A stretch of DNA of 62,973 bases, the filler included, from Octopus bimaculoides (taxonomy: Eukaryota), in the NCBI RefSeq assembly GCF_001194135.2. It is 4 parts of 3 records of this genome, joined end to end, with 100 filler letters (N's around TTAATTAATTAA, not from the genome) between each part and the next. Parts side by side here need not be neighbours in the genome. Positions count along the whole stretch, not along the records: positions 26,300 to 46,572 come from NC_068984.1; positions 46,673 to 54,574 come from NC_068984.1; 2 more parts are not named here. The stretch is one strand, 5' to 3'. Shown here one piece after another: positions 36,933 to 50,525 of this stretch. Both the position numbers and the translations under genes were made by a program. A model generated the notes under the pieces. The model saw only the letters and a program-made list of their open reading frames with translations. It was not told the origin of the DNA and did no database searches. Position 1 is the stretch's first letter; the number at the start of each line of letters is the position of its first letter.

Positions 36933-36933
<1 letters not shown>
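35845..36933 (-). mobile_element. Internally deleted Helitron: N-terminal repeat region and zinc-finger piece joined to a Helitron 3' end
   Basis: 3' end is CCAAGCAACGCCGGG (imperfect hairpin) TATCTCTG-CTAG at 35845. A coding remnant reads ATFRYDSFHSYKNYNSVEIGELH*N*HICTTLTF...QCC. About six 69-bp repeats lie upstream. The 5' boundary (TCTATTTATAAG...(GTCT)n near 36933) is tentative. Confidence 0.75.
36190..36590 (-). repeat. Degenerate 69-bp (23-codon) tandem repeat, consensus about RLSQDQQRHAAARQMESQDRRDM
   Basis: About six units aligned by hand. Resembles the charged helical repeats at Helitron ORF N-termini. Confidence 0.8.
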
Positions 36934-36978
<45 letters not shown>

Positions 36979-36986
36979 TACACACA

Positions 36987-37036
<50 letters not shown>

Positions 37037-40000
37037 TGCCTATATATATGAGGTATATTTCATTGTTGTTGTGTATCTGGCTGTGTGTATGTTTGTGTAT
37101 TAAATAAGCGTTTACTCAATAAGAAATTCTGTACAATTATACACATAATCATGTTTTGGTTACTGTATGTATATGTGTTCCCAGTATAATAAAAGAAACT
37201 ATTCTAAATATTTGTATATTATATTGGATTAATTTAGTTCTATAATGCCTAATGTCTATTCTGATTAATTTCGTTGTACAAAAATTCTCCAAGGAATTCG
37301 TGAACACGTTCTGAAAAGCCGCTATATCGTAAATTCTTCGATTAAGAAGTGTTGCGTCAACTTAAAATTATATAAAAATAAGATAATAATGACTTCGTAA
37401 TATAATAGTGATAAATACATTAACAGTGATAATGTCGCTAGAAGTTAATATTATATTCATTAATATAACAGCAACTAATACCAAACGCCTATACAGCTAA
37501 ATTCGTCATGATTCTGGTTGATTTCACTATTTGAAATTTTGTAATGATCCAAACCTGGGGAGGTTCATTGTTCGTATTATCATTTAGGGGTCAGAAGACT
37601 AACTATAACTTTTCTGATCAGCTAACCTTTTTTTACACAATCGTAAGGTGTATGCGTTTGTTTGTATGTTAGACATTACTAATTGCAACACCAAGCGTAG
37701 TTTGTAGTCTTGCATTTTTTATACTATTCAGAGTAATATGTATATAATATATAATATATGAACAATGTCTAAAAGTGTCAGATTATTTATCTTATGTGTA
37801 TTTGTAAATGCTCAAATATCTATTAGGTGCTTTGACCGTATATTTTGTAATGCAGATATTATTAAATGATTACTGTGTTTCCAGTTACTACGCATTGAAT
37901 ATTTTTAGTTATGTATCTCTATTTCCTCCAGAGTGATGCTAACATCTGTTGGAACTGATTCTTTGATTAAGAATTATTTCCATTTCTGTTTCTCGTGGAC
38001 AACAATATAATCTTGATCTCCCTATATATTTTGGTAATTTTATTTATTTCGGTACATCATAATGCTAACGTAACTTCCGTGCTTGTGGTTCTATTAGTTC
38101 TTATTTAAGACTTGCCAAACAAATGTAACCAGTTAATTGTTTCTTCCTCATTTTCGCTCACATTAACATATTCTATAGCTGCTTTATGCTCTCTACTTGA
38201 ATAAACTTGTCAGGTAGTTCCTGGTTTGAAGGCTTTAATCCTGTAACGAAATCAAATGTTCTCTCCCAATTTTGTGTGTGTTTATGTCAGTTCAGAGTTG
38301 TATTAGGAATTCACGTGTAGGAGACATTCTTGTCATCGATGTATCATGGCTATATGTACCACTGTTGTTGATTTAGGGTTTACCTTTTACATAAGTTGAC
38401 TCTGTTATTGTTTCTCCTTCACAAACACCTGCAACTTTAGCCTGTATTCTTTTTAATTGGTGGTTTCTTTGAGAACTGGAAGACTTTATTTTGTTCACGT
38501 TAAGATGCTCTTTGTATTAACTTATACTGTTTATACTTTAAAAGTTTGCAGTTCTGTAGCGGATATACTATAACAAATTTCTAGTTGTATTATGTCACGA
38601 ACACTGCCTTACAGGTAAATATAATCCTTATACGTTAGATATAATATGATCCTTTTGAAATTCAGTTAATATTTATTTTCATGTCTTGACATATTATTTC
38701 ATTTAGGTGCAAATGAAAATGCGCAAAGAATATCAATGCATACTGAATTTAGTTTTGCGTAACATATTTAAAAAAAATTATTGTACATTACATTGCTTCC
38801 TAAATATCTGTAAGTCGCTTTCTTCAGGAATCACGATGTAATTTTACTGATTAAAATGCATTTACTCTTCTTTCTCTTATATAAATTCCAGTAATATATC
38901 TGTATAATATCTGAAGTAGTATTTTTAGTTGTTCTACTCTGAAATAGAACGAGAAGTTTCAGAGGTTTATTGCTGCAACACATAATTCAAGGTCGTCAGT
39001 TTACACAAAGTGTTTCTTTTCCCTACCACAATTTACGTTTTCGAGTTCAGTTTTGCTTAACTTGTCGCCTGCATGTCGTAACTTACCTAACACTTGTGAG
39101 GATTTATTAACGTACAGGCTTTGATTCAAACAATTTGTATTATATATTCTATTATCTAACTCAGTCTTTATTCTCGTCTATCAAGCGGTCGAGAAATCCA
39201 TTTCAAGTATATTATTATAATATAAGTCAAATTTTGTGAAGTTATTATTCATTCAGAATTATTTAATTGAATATTTGGATGTAGAAAATCCCTGGGAAAT
39301 GTATTCAAATTTTTAAACTCCGTTGTTTACATTGTACTTCAATGCAAGAGGATATAAACAAGTATATTTCAAATAACGTCTTTTCACTGACCTGTTTTGT
39401 GGGTAATAAATATATTTTCTCTGGAGAACTATAAATTCAAATACCTTTATTGACCAGAAATATTATTATGTCCAGGATGAAATCAACGTATGCATTCCAT
39501 TGTAATACTTGAGAGAGGATTTTCGGTTTATTACATAATTTATATTATCTCTTTACCTTTATTCAGATCTATAAACTCCTTGCACTGTATTGTCACGGCG
39601 CGTAGACCTCTCAGGGATTAGATATCGTTGTTTGATGTTTTATATCCAAGAACATTGCATGTAAACCTTTAGCAAGCTCCCCACATATCAGCAATTCGTT
39701 TCGAAATTTAGCACATTGTCATTTTGTGTCTCACTAGATATTAAAATAAAATAACTTCAGTTACATACGACATTAGTGATATTGATTGCTAGGATGTGGA
39801 ATTACTATTTTTAGATGGGAACGTATATGATGGCAGACTTTGATTTTAAAGGCGACTTGTATGGTGTTTAAATTTAATTGAAGTAAATTTTTTGAGGTGC
39901 ATCAGCATGGCCGCAGCTCTGAGCTGAAACTTTGAAATGAAAAGAATAATCAAGGCAAGTTTGAAGTTGTCAATGAGTTCACTGCAGATATTAATTATAT

Positions 40001-40569
40001 AAATGTCATAGTCTTATAATAGTAGCTTGAGAATAAAGAACGAATTCGATAGAATTTACTTGTTCCTTGTAAGATGTTTGTTACGAAACTATTTAAGGAG
40101 AATCTCATTCTAAAAATCTTAAAGAATCGGCCGACGATCTAAATGTTAGGTATAATTTTTTAGCAAGCGTCACCACTTCGGTCAATATCTGCACACACCC
40201 TGGGACATTTTACTAATAAGTAATAACTATTTTCGAGGTGCAACTAAATTCTCTCCGTTTCTCTCGTCGGCCTTGAATCAGTAGGTGACATTCTTTGCCA
40301 TTTATTCCATCCAACAGAAGTGCCAAGCAATTATAAAAGCAAAGCTCATTTAAAAGCTTTTATCATATAATTGTTTTTATATAATGGAAACTTCTAAAAA
40401 TCATTTGGCACCAGCTAAATTGCAGCCTCGAAATTTACTCTGAATTAGCAACGTTAATATATTATGAGTTATGCCCCTTCTCTTCACCTTGACTCATTAC
40501 GCAATTCCGGAAAATTCGAAAACCACGAGTGACAAGAACAAGCTATTGACGTTTTGAACAGATTGTACA

Positions 40570-41010
<441 letters not shown>

Positions 41011-41772
41011 CATAGGCACATACGAATATACATGCATACGTATTTACTCAGGCATATACGCATATATATTTTGAATTAAACCGTACTATTCTATAAACTC
41101 ATGGCAGTTTATGGGTTGTACTTACTGATGTCTGGGACGTATGAAGTGTGATAAAAGTGCCGTGTGAATTTGCACGAACTTATTATTCATTCATAAACCT
41201 ATATTTAAACGATGGTTGATATTTTACCTATCGAAGTATTATTTAAGAGTAGTCGGCAATATGAATATCGATCGTGAAATAGTTGTAATAACTGCTACTG
41301 AATAATGTAAAACGTAATAAGACAGGATGCAGTAGATAGGATGAAACAGATCGAGAGAAAACAAATGAAAACAGATGGAAGAGAAAGATTGCAAAGAAAG
41401 AGAAATAGAGAGAACGAAAGACTTGAGAGGGATGAGTACGTAAGAGGTCCATTCAGTCAGATAGATACAAGCTCTTCATATGTTTGCGCGTGTGTGTGTG
41501 TTCGTGCGTGTCTGTGCGCACGCGCATTGTGTTTGCGTGTGTGATCGCGCGTATGACTGTGAGCAGGATGTGTGTGTGGTGTGTAGTATGTAGTATGTAG
41601 GCGAACGTCTATGCGTGATGCCTAGCGAGAAAACGTGGTAACGAGGGAAGGAAACTGAAGATATATTGAAACAAATAAGAAACGGATAGCTTCTACTTAC
41701 ATATAACTTCCTACCTACCTACTTACATAGATCCATACATATACATGTGATATATATACATATATATATATA

Positions 41773-41823
<51 letters not shown>

Positions 41824-41862
41824 CTAGAAAATATGAGGAGTTTATATATAGTTTACACATAG

Positions 41863-42110
41863 ACGGTTGACTCAGTGGTTAAATGTTGCATTCACGATGG
41901 CGTGATCATGACTTCTATTCCCAGACGGGCTGTACTTTGTGATGCTTATAAAAGCACCTCAGTTCACATTGTCGCAGTCCATTAAACTGCATATTGGCAA
42001 CCTTGCAACGGACTAGCATCGCGTTCAGACGGAATGTTAGCGCATCCACCTATTCAGCGGGGTGGTTTCATTCGACAGCTAAAACAACTCGAAGCGCATG
42101 GTTGCAAGCG
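41863..42110 (+). mobile_element. Old SINE: head A-like with a third type of tail
   Basis: GACTCAGTGGTTAAATGTTGCATTCACGATGGCGTGATCATGACTTCTATTCCCAG head and degenerate CORE-like CACCTCAGTTCACATTGTCGCAGTCCATTAAACTG, then GGCAACCTTGCAACGGACTAGCATCGCGTTCAG, unrelated to tails 1 and 2. Confidence 0.65.
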
Positions 42111-42224
42111 GCGCATAAAAATATCCAGTAGCCTATTTGGTACAATAACACTGTGATATATGTATATATGAGTGTGTGCGTGCGCACGCGTATGTATCCA
42201 TACATGCACACACTTATATATACG

Positions 42225-42258
<34 letters not shown>

Positions 42259-42359
42259 CATAAATACATTACATACAGACATACATACATATATATACAC
42301 ACACATATATATAGACAAAGATACATAGGTACGATTATGTAAATGTTCGAATACAAGTC

Positions 42360-42665
42360 TCGATTGCCCTCTTGCCTCCAGACAATAAACCCGTCATCTT
42401 TCTAATGGTATGTTAATTATCTCCCTTCTCCTTCAGCGCTGTTCGTACCATTTGGCAGTTTTGATACATCTTATGGATGCAAAGATAGTCCAAATAAACC
42501 AAGCAATTACATTGTATGATATTTGATACATCTATTTGTCTATGTTGTTCAAAAACATGCTGCTGACTTCCTTGACGCATCTACTAAAAGAGAAGTTTAT
42601 GTGCCAGGTAACTTCCGAATATTCCAACAACTAGCCTTCAGATTCATGTTGGAATTTGCTTTTGT
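42360..42665 (-). pseudogene. Possible RTE-clade LINE 5' (AP endonuclease) remnant
   Basis: Minus strand gives MNLKASCWNIRKL (compare WNVRTL) and later AEGEGR*LTYH*KDDGFIVWR (compare EEGQLTE..GYTFFWSG). Heavily decayed. Confidence 0.35.
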
Positions 42666-44278
42666 AGATATTGTGAGGTAAAAGCATTATGCACTGGAAA
42701 TATAGACAAAATCAATTTATGTTGGAAATGAATTATCTCCATGAGAGAAATGACTTGTTCTTCCAGAAAGTCCAGTGGAGATGTGAAAGTGTTGACCGAT
42801 ATGTGTTTAACATTGACGGGTTTAATCCTTTTGTTCACAGCGTGTCCAAAAATGACCATGTTCAACAAATGAGCTTGATATGGTTGTCTATTTTGGCGTC
42901 GACATCCTGACCATGAAACAGGTTGTACATAGTTCAATGTTAAAAGTGGCGCTCAAGAGCGAGCGGCCTGAAAAGAAATAGGAACTGTATGGTCTGGTCA
43001 ACGGAATCACTGTTTTTCTTTTTTTTTGTTCCTTTTAGATTCTTTCTGATTGTTGTTTATTAAGTCTGATGTTGTGTTGGCATATTTTGGTAAATTTGTA
43101 ATTTTGTTGTCATTTATGATCATGTTGCCGCCGTTATGGTTGCTACAGCGTGACGTTTAAGGCAAAAAGTGTTTCTCGAACACTGAGGTTTTGATACTGG
43201 TCACCAATACAAATGTCCCTATTAAAGCCAAAATAATCAATGGAAGGGTTACAGACACGATGGGGAGCATGAACGTATTTATCCGAGTTAGATCTTTTCT
43301 CTGAATATAAGGTTGAGAACTTAATATTATGCAGGTCTGAAACGAGGATAACCTCTATATAAATATTGATATTTTCTTGAGACGTTTTGCGTTCTGAATT
43401 GAAGTCCAGCCTATGCCATTTTGACTAAAATCATTTCGGAGTAGATAAAATATATTATCAGTAGGGTACTTGGTTAGATGATATCCACTAAGAACCGTGC
43501 CTAAAAACTTCTATGATTTAGCATAAACCAGAAACAGTTATTGGGTTAGCATTAAAAAAAAAATTAGTTACAATTTCCCGCTTGGCGAGTAACTACGTAG
43601 AAGCATCCATCGTCGACTTTTACCACAATGTTGCAGGCACTGTTTCACAATTAATATAATCCGATGTTAATCACATGGAACCTTCGTACATAAAATAGAC
43701 TTAATGCAGCACCTAGCATATTAACTGATTCTGGTGTTCCCAACACCAAACAGTGAACATCAAACACACTTAACCATCACACTCAACAACTGAAACAGCA
43801 CAAAACACACAGGATGAGTATTATAATTGTCCTTCACAAATCACATAAGAATCGAAAGAAAGTGCACAAAAGTGAAGCGCAAAATTTCATACCAATCACA
43901 ACTAATAATTTTTGCTTAAGAAAGGAAATAACGATTGGATAATAACAATATATTAGATCGAGCACAGGCTATGCTTCTGCTAATTCAGCTGTCCCTAATC
44001 TCCCCATAACAAGCCACAATAAACTGCAAAGAACAGAGGATAGCATACTAAGCTTAACAAAATGTGTACGCGCACCAAAATCCCATACCTACTTCAAAAA
44101 TGAACGAATGTATAAAATTGAAAGACTACATTGCAGTGGGAAAATAAGGATAATGGATATGTGATGCGAGTAAAAGGAAAGAGAAACAGTTTTCAGAAAA
44201 CTGGTTATGATTGTTATAATAAAGGAAATGGTAAACTAACATGAGCAGATTCCCGTGGATAATACTTACCATTGTATT

Positions 44279-44282
<4 letters not shown>

Positions 44283-44333
<51 letters not shown>

Positions 44334-44385
44334 TGATGATGATGATGATGATGGTGATGGTGATGGTGATGGTAGTTTCTAACAA
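44283..44385. repeat. Compound trinucleotide array AAT to GAT to GGT
   Basis: Directly visible. Confidence 0.95.
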
Positions 44386-45530
44386 TAACGATACTAGTGA
44401 TTTAGTGTAAGCATCAACATTATGAAAGTTATTATTATTATTATTATTATTATCGTAAATCTCATCATAATAACAGTTAATATGGTAATAAGAATAGTAC
44501 AATTAGCAAGAGCATCAACACTACTGATACTACCACCACCACCACAACCCCACCACCAATACTACTACAACTACTACTACNNNNNNNNNNNNNNNNNNNN
44601 NNNNNNNNNNNNNNNNNNNNNNNNNNNNNNNNNNNNNNNNNNNNNNNNNNNNNNNNNNNNNNNNNNNNNNNNNNNNNNNNNNNNNNNNNNNNNNNNNNNN
44701 NNNNNNNNNNNNNNNNNNNNNNNNNNNNNNNNNNNNNNNNNNNNNNNNNNNNNNNNNNNNNNNNNNNNNNNNNNNNNNNNNNNNNNNNNNNNNNNNNNNN
44801 NNNNNNNNNNNNNNNNNNNNNNNNNNNNNNNNNNNNNNNNNNNNNNNNNNNNNNNNNNNNNNNNNNNNNNNNNNNNNNNNNNNNNNNNNNNNNNNNNNNN
44901 NNNNNNNNNNNNNNNNNNNNNNNNNNNNNNNNNNNNNNNNNNNNNNNNNNNNNNNNNNNNNNNNNNNNNNNNNNNNNNNNNNNNNNNNNNNNNNNNNNNN
45001 NNNNNNNNNNNNNNNNNNNNNNNNNNNNNNCACCGCATAAAGAAAAAAAAAGATTAAAAAAAAAACTATGAAACTAAATAAAACCTGTTAGAAAACAATC
45101 CTTCTTCAATGGAATCGAACAATAAGAACAATGGCAGAGTAATCCTTGAGTAGGTCATAAGTTCTTCATTTCTGTTAATGAAAAATCCTGCAAGCTTATT
45201 TCTTTGATATCGTAAAAAAGAAAAGGAAATTAACGAAGACCTCATTTGTTTCGCATGAACGTCAATACAATTGAATGTTAATAGTATAATGGAACACTTT
45301 CAAAACATTTTTCTGGATCTTTTATGTTTGTTTTTATTGATTGAAGAATAGGGGAACAGTTGTATATTTTGCGGTGAGAATTTTTTTACTCTTCATTCTA
45401 ATACATAAATTCAATATTTTGTCTTTTCATGAATCAACACTATCATTAATTTATCGCGCGTTTGGTCGTGTGTAGGCGTTCGTGTAAATGTACGCCAATA
45501 TATTTATATATACATATGTGTATCTGTGTG

Positions 45531-45565
<35 letters not shown>

Positions 45566-46112
45566 GTGTATGCGTGGGGATGACGAAAGAGAGCGTGAGA
45601 GAGGGAGATATATAGAAAGAAAAGGAGCCGAATAGAAATGTTATGTGAAAGAGATATTCCCACGTGCGTATATATATTTATACATAGATTATATTTAGAA
45701 TGATATTTATACACAGACGTATGTACAAGGATCAATGTATAAAAAATACATGTATAAACGTCTTTCTTTCTGTCTCTCTCTGTCGCTATATAGTTTTCTT
45801 CCAACAAAACCTCATTTGGGCGCAACACCAGCACATACACAAATACACACAGAACAGACAAATATACGCAAAAGATTTTTCTGTACGAAAACTCGAACAT
45901 GTAATATATTCGTTTTGTTCTCCCTAAATCTATAGCACAATTATTATGTAAAAATGTGTTATATACCTTAATTTTTTTTTATGTATTAAATACATCGAAT
46001 AAAACTATTTACCGTTTACGTTCAAAAGTAAAAACTGTGAAATTTAAACAAAAGCATATATGATCATATATATATATGATGTATATATACATATATATAA
46101 ATACACACACAT

Positions 46113-46149
<37 letters not shown>

Positions 46150-46151
46150 CC

Positions 46152-46294
46152 AACGCAGACGTGGCTGTGGGATAAGAAGCTTGTTTCCCAATCACATAGT
46201 TACGGGCTCAGTCCCACTACGTGGCACCTAGGGCAACTGTCTTCTACTATAAACTCGGGAAGACCGAGGTGGAGTGAGTAAAAGCAGTCCGTCG

Positions 46295-46338
<44 letters not shown>

Positions 46339-46534
46339 AGTGTGTCTGTGGTTGTCCCACTACCATCGCTTGACCGATTTTGGCATGTTTACGTCACTGT
46401 AACTTAATGGTTCAGCAAACAAACCAATAGAATAAGTACTACGATTACAAAGAATAAGTCTTGGGGTTGATTTCTTTGACTAAAGACGGTGTTCCAGCAT
46501 GGCCGCAATGAAATAAATGGAAAAAAGTAAAAGA
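46152..46534 (+). mobile_element. SINE family B, complete: head, internal (TA)n(TG)n, 3' module
   Basis: Head homologous to 23561, then GTCCGTCG(TA)n(TG)n, then GTTGTCCCACTACCATCGCTTGAC...GTTTACGTCACTGTAACTTAATGGTTCAGC...GGGGTTGATTTCTTTGACTAAAGACGGTGTTCCAGCATGGCCGCA...AAGTAAAAGA. No gap within the element. Confidence 0.88.
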
Positions 46535-46538
46535 ATAT

Positions 46539-46572
<34 letters not shown>

Positions 46573-46702
46573 NNNNNNNNNNNNNNNNNNNNNNNNNNNN
46601 NNNNNNNNNNNNNNNNTTAATTAATTAANNNNNNNNNNNNNNNNNNNNNNNNNNNNNNNNNNNNNNNNNNNNTATATATATATGTGTGTGTGTGTGCGTG
46701 TG

Positions 46703-46743
<41 letters not shown>

Positions 46744-46867
46744 CTGTGCATATGTATATGAATTAAGACTCAGTCATCAGTCATTTGATATGTAAAATAA
46801 ATTAGGTAACTTAATGTTCCTGTCTTTTGAATGTTAATAATTCATTTTAAATCTGTTTCACTGTATT

Positions 46868-46906
<39 letters not shown>

Positions 46907-47231
46907 TTCCAATAGTAGAAATGATGATGTCTAAATTAATTAACTTTGTTGATTATAAAATTGTGATGATTCTCTCTTTCATTTTATATATACATTATAT
47001 TTATTTATTTGTTTATGATCTCTTTCTGAAATTTTACCGTTTTTACATACGTTGTGCTATGACAAGATATACACAACCAACCAGACAATCAGCATGCATA
47101 CTAAAGCATTCATATTTAAATCAAAATCATATATTTGTCAACTGCAGCGTAATGTATCAGTCACAATCAATAAGAAAATTCATACACGGTCACTGGATAC
47201 AGCAACCAAATCTCTCTCAAATCATACCTTA

Positions 47232-47355
47232 TTAACCCTTTCATTCCCATATTTCTGCTGAAGTACAGTACTTTTGTTTTTATCACTTTTGAAAATAAAG
47301 AAAAATTTTGTAAAATAATCTGGTGTTTGGAAGAAATTGCCGCGAAATTTTAAGG
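47232..47355 (+). mobile_element. One end of a TTAA-CCC (piggyBac-like) non-autonomous element
   Basis: TTAA|CCCTTTCATTCCCATATTTCTG start. No matching second terminus found nearby. Confidence 0.4.
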
Positions 47356-47360
47356 GAAGA

Positions 47361-47475
47361 TAGCCCAGCATGGCCTGGCATAGCCCAGCATGGCCTGACA
47401 TGGTCCAGCATGGCCCAGAATGGCCCAGTATGGCTTGACATAGCTTAGCATGGCCTGGCATGGCCCAGCATGGCT
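47361..47475. repeat. 10-bp minisatellite (TGGCCCAGCA) x11, embedded in a SINE family B tail motif
   Basis: Eleven consecutive 10-bp units, continuing into TGGCTACAAGTCCAAGGACTGAAACAAATA, which is the SINE tail end. Confidence 0.92.
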
Positions 47476-47967
47476 ACAAGTCCAAGGACTGAAACAAATA
47501 CATAATAAGACTTAGTTGGTAAGCAAACTTAGTTCATATGTATGTTATTGGTTTATTTGTCAGTGAGTCTGCTCATTTTATAATGCTTTTTTAAGAGTGT
47601 TATCATTCTCCTCCCCATTGTCATCGCCATCGTCACCATCACCCTTATTTCTTTTTTGGGAGTAAAAACATATCTTCATTGTCTTCTATTATTTTTTTTT
47701 TTTACGTCTTTTATGTATTTCAACACTTTTTCATCTTTCCTTCTTTTTTTTTTCTTGCAGGAGCAAACTTTTGAGGACTGGGCGTAAAAGAGCTAAGTTT
47801 GATGGACTAAATAATGTTAAATACAAACTTATCTTTTCTCATGAGGATGCTTTATTCACACATTTTATGGTTGATATAGGACCAGCTCCAAAGATGACAT
47901 AATCTTCGCACTTGGAAAAAAAAGTGTTTTTGAAACTGAAGAAATTTTAGGCTAATTGGTTTATTTC

Positions 47968-47998
<31 letters not shown>

Positions 47999-48927
47999 TA
48001 TATGTGTGTTTATATATATATATAAATNNNNNNNNNNNNNNNNNNNNNNNNNNNNNNNNNNNNNNNNNNNNNNNNNNNNNNNNNNNNNNNNNNNNNNNNN
48101 NNNNNNNNNNNNNNNNNNNNNNNNNNNNNNNNNNNNNNNNNNNNNNNNNNNNNNNNNNNNNNNNNNNNNNNNNNNNNNNNNNNNNNNNNNNNNNNNNNNN
48201 NNNNNNNNNNNNNNNNNNNNNNNNNNNNNNNNNNNNNNNNNNNNNNNNNNNNNNNNNNNNNNNNNNNNNNNNNNNNNNNNNNNNNNNNNNNNNNNNNNNN
48301 NNNNNNNNNNNNNNNNNNNNNNNNNNNNNNNNNNNNNNNNNNNNNNNNNNNNNNNNNNNNNNNCTTGTGCTTTTTTTATTTTACTATTTTAATATTTCTA
48401 AAAAAATATAATAAAAAGAAAAAAAAAACGAGAAACATAAAAATGGATTATCAGAACATATTTACATGCACTGATAACTATTTTGTGTTGGGTTTGAACG
48501 TTTTACTATTATATCATAATATCAGTATTGTTATTCTTGTTATTACCATTCATTAGAGTTATACCTGTTATTATTATCGTTCATTAGAATTGGTGGTGGA
48601 TTTGGTCCAAATAGTTCTAAAGGTAAAGAAGATGAAAAAAAAGGTGGGTGGGGGGTAATGAAATGGGTTAGATGCTTCATCATGTATCATATGTATTTCA
48701 ATATTATATTGTTTCAAGTTCAAATCTCCAATCAGGATAGATTTATTTTATTATTAATAATATTTATTTTTCCTGTGTGTGTGTTGTGTGTCCTGTTTTT
48801 CTATTATCAATTAAATAAGTAACACTAAAATAATAAAATTGATTCCATTGACTTATATCCTGCTTTAATTGACATTGTGTCTAGTCAAAATTTATTAAGG
48901 TTCCTAGTAGAAGAGAAAGAGATGGAG

Positions 48928-50525
48928 GGGCAGAAATGGTAGTGTGATACTGCAAATAACATAACAGTATTTCAGTTAATTTCATTCCTCTGTGTTCTTA
49001 TTTCAAATCCTGCCAAGGTTCACTTTACCTTTCATCTCTCTGTTGGTGGGGAGGGTGATAAAATAAGTACTTGTAATTTCCTGAGGGTTTCAATTCAATT
49101 ACACAACCATCTATGTATCTCTATCTGTCTGTCACCCGCTCCCACCTCTCTCTTCTCTTTCTTTCATACACACACATAAATCTCTTGTTTTGTGCCAATG
49201 TGAGAAATTAGCAGAATCATTAGAGGACAGGTCTGAAGATTGCAGGATTTCATTGCATCATATTATATGTCCCTCTGAAACCAACTTCACTTTTCACCAT
49301 TATGGTGTTGACAAAAACGAACACCTGTCAAGTACTGGGATTGACTTAATTGAATAATCTGTTCCCTTGAAAATCTGTGGCCTTATGCCAATATTATGAC
49401 TCGTCATCATTATCATTATAAAAGGTGGCAAACTAGTGTTAGAGCATCAGAAAAATATTTTGCTGTATTTATTCTGGCTCTTTCTATTCTGAATTCAAAT
49501 TCTGTGGAGGTTGATTTTGCCAGAGTCGATAAGATAAGATACCAGTCAAGTATTATTATTATTATTAAGGGTGATGGGTTAACAGAACCATTTAAATATT
49601 GGACAAAATGCCATGTGTTGTCTATTTACAGTACTTGCATTCTTAGTTCAGATCTCATTAATGTCAATGTTGCCTTACATTTTTCTGGGGTTGATAAAAT
49701 ACAGGGATTGATTTAATTGACTAACCTTCCTAACTCAAATATCTGATCTTGATTCTTTATTAGAAACAATATAATTATAAGAGAAAGAGCAGTGGGTTTG
49801 CAGAATCATTCAAGCATTGGATGACTCTTTGCATTCTGAGTCTTCTTTATCTTACATCATTCCAAGGGTGATGAAAGAAAATATCAGTCAAGTATTAGAG
49901 TTAATTTAATCAACTAATCCCTTCCTCCACTCCACCCAACCTGACTCAAAATCTGTGCCCTTGTGGCTATGTTAGGTGCACTTATTTATTCGGGGAGGGT
50001 GTTGAGTTCAACTTTGCCTTCAGAGTTGATAAAACAAGAACCAGTTAAGCACTGGGGTCAATATACCAGTACCAGTTAAGCATTGTGGAAAGAAAGAATC
50101 ATTGATGTTGGTGGGGTAGAGAAATGACCAACACAGTTGCATTGCTACTTTTGATACTTTCTAGATATCCAGTGGCTTTATATTCAGATCCATCAGTCAA
50201 ATTGGCATTTTATCCACCTTGATCACTAATGAAATAAATGAGCCATAAAATGCCCTTTTCCTGTGAAATTGGCTTTCTATCTATCAAACACTAGTTTTAT
50301 TAGCTTCAGGTTTCTCTGGGTTGAGCAGATCTATGAGTAAAGGCTTCCCAACTGTAATCATTTTGCTTGGTAGCATTTTGCTCATCTTTAGGTTCTAAGT
50401 TCAAATGCTACCAAGATCCACTTTGCCTTTCACCCTTTTGGGATCGATAAAATAGGCACCAGTGGATGACTAGGGTCTATGTAAACATCTAAACTTCTCA
50501 CTTCAAAATTGCAGGCCTTATTATC
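48928..50525 (+). mobile_element. Cluster of about 6-7 old, same-orientation SINE family C copies
   Basis: Recurrent degenerate motifs GCAGAATCATT / TTCAAAT / CTTTGCCTTTCA / G(T)TGATAAAATAAG near 48930, 49205, 49425, 49570, 49790, 50000 and 50340. Confidence 0.7.

Noticed and set aside
43590-43900. Scattered LINE-like words (IVDF, SGVP, KV..FIP), and the 95-aa ORF at 27218-27505
   Set aside because: Too fragmentary and irregularly spaced to support a call without a profile search.
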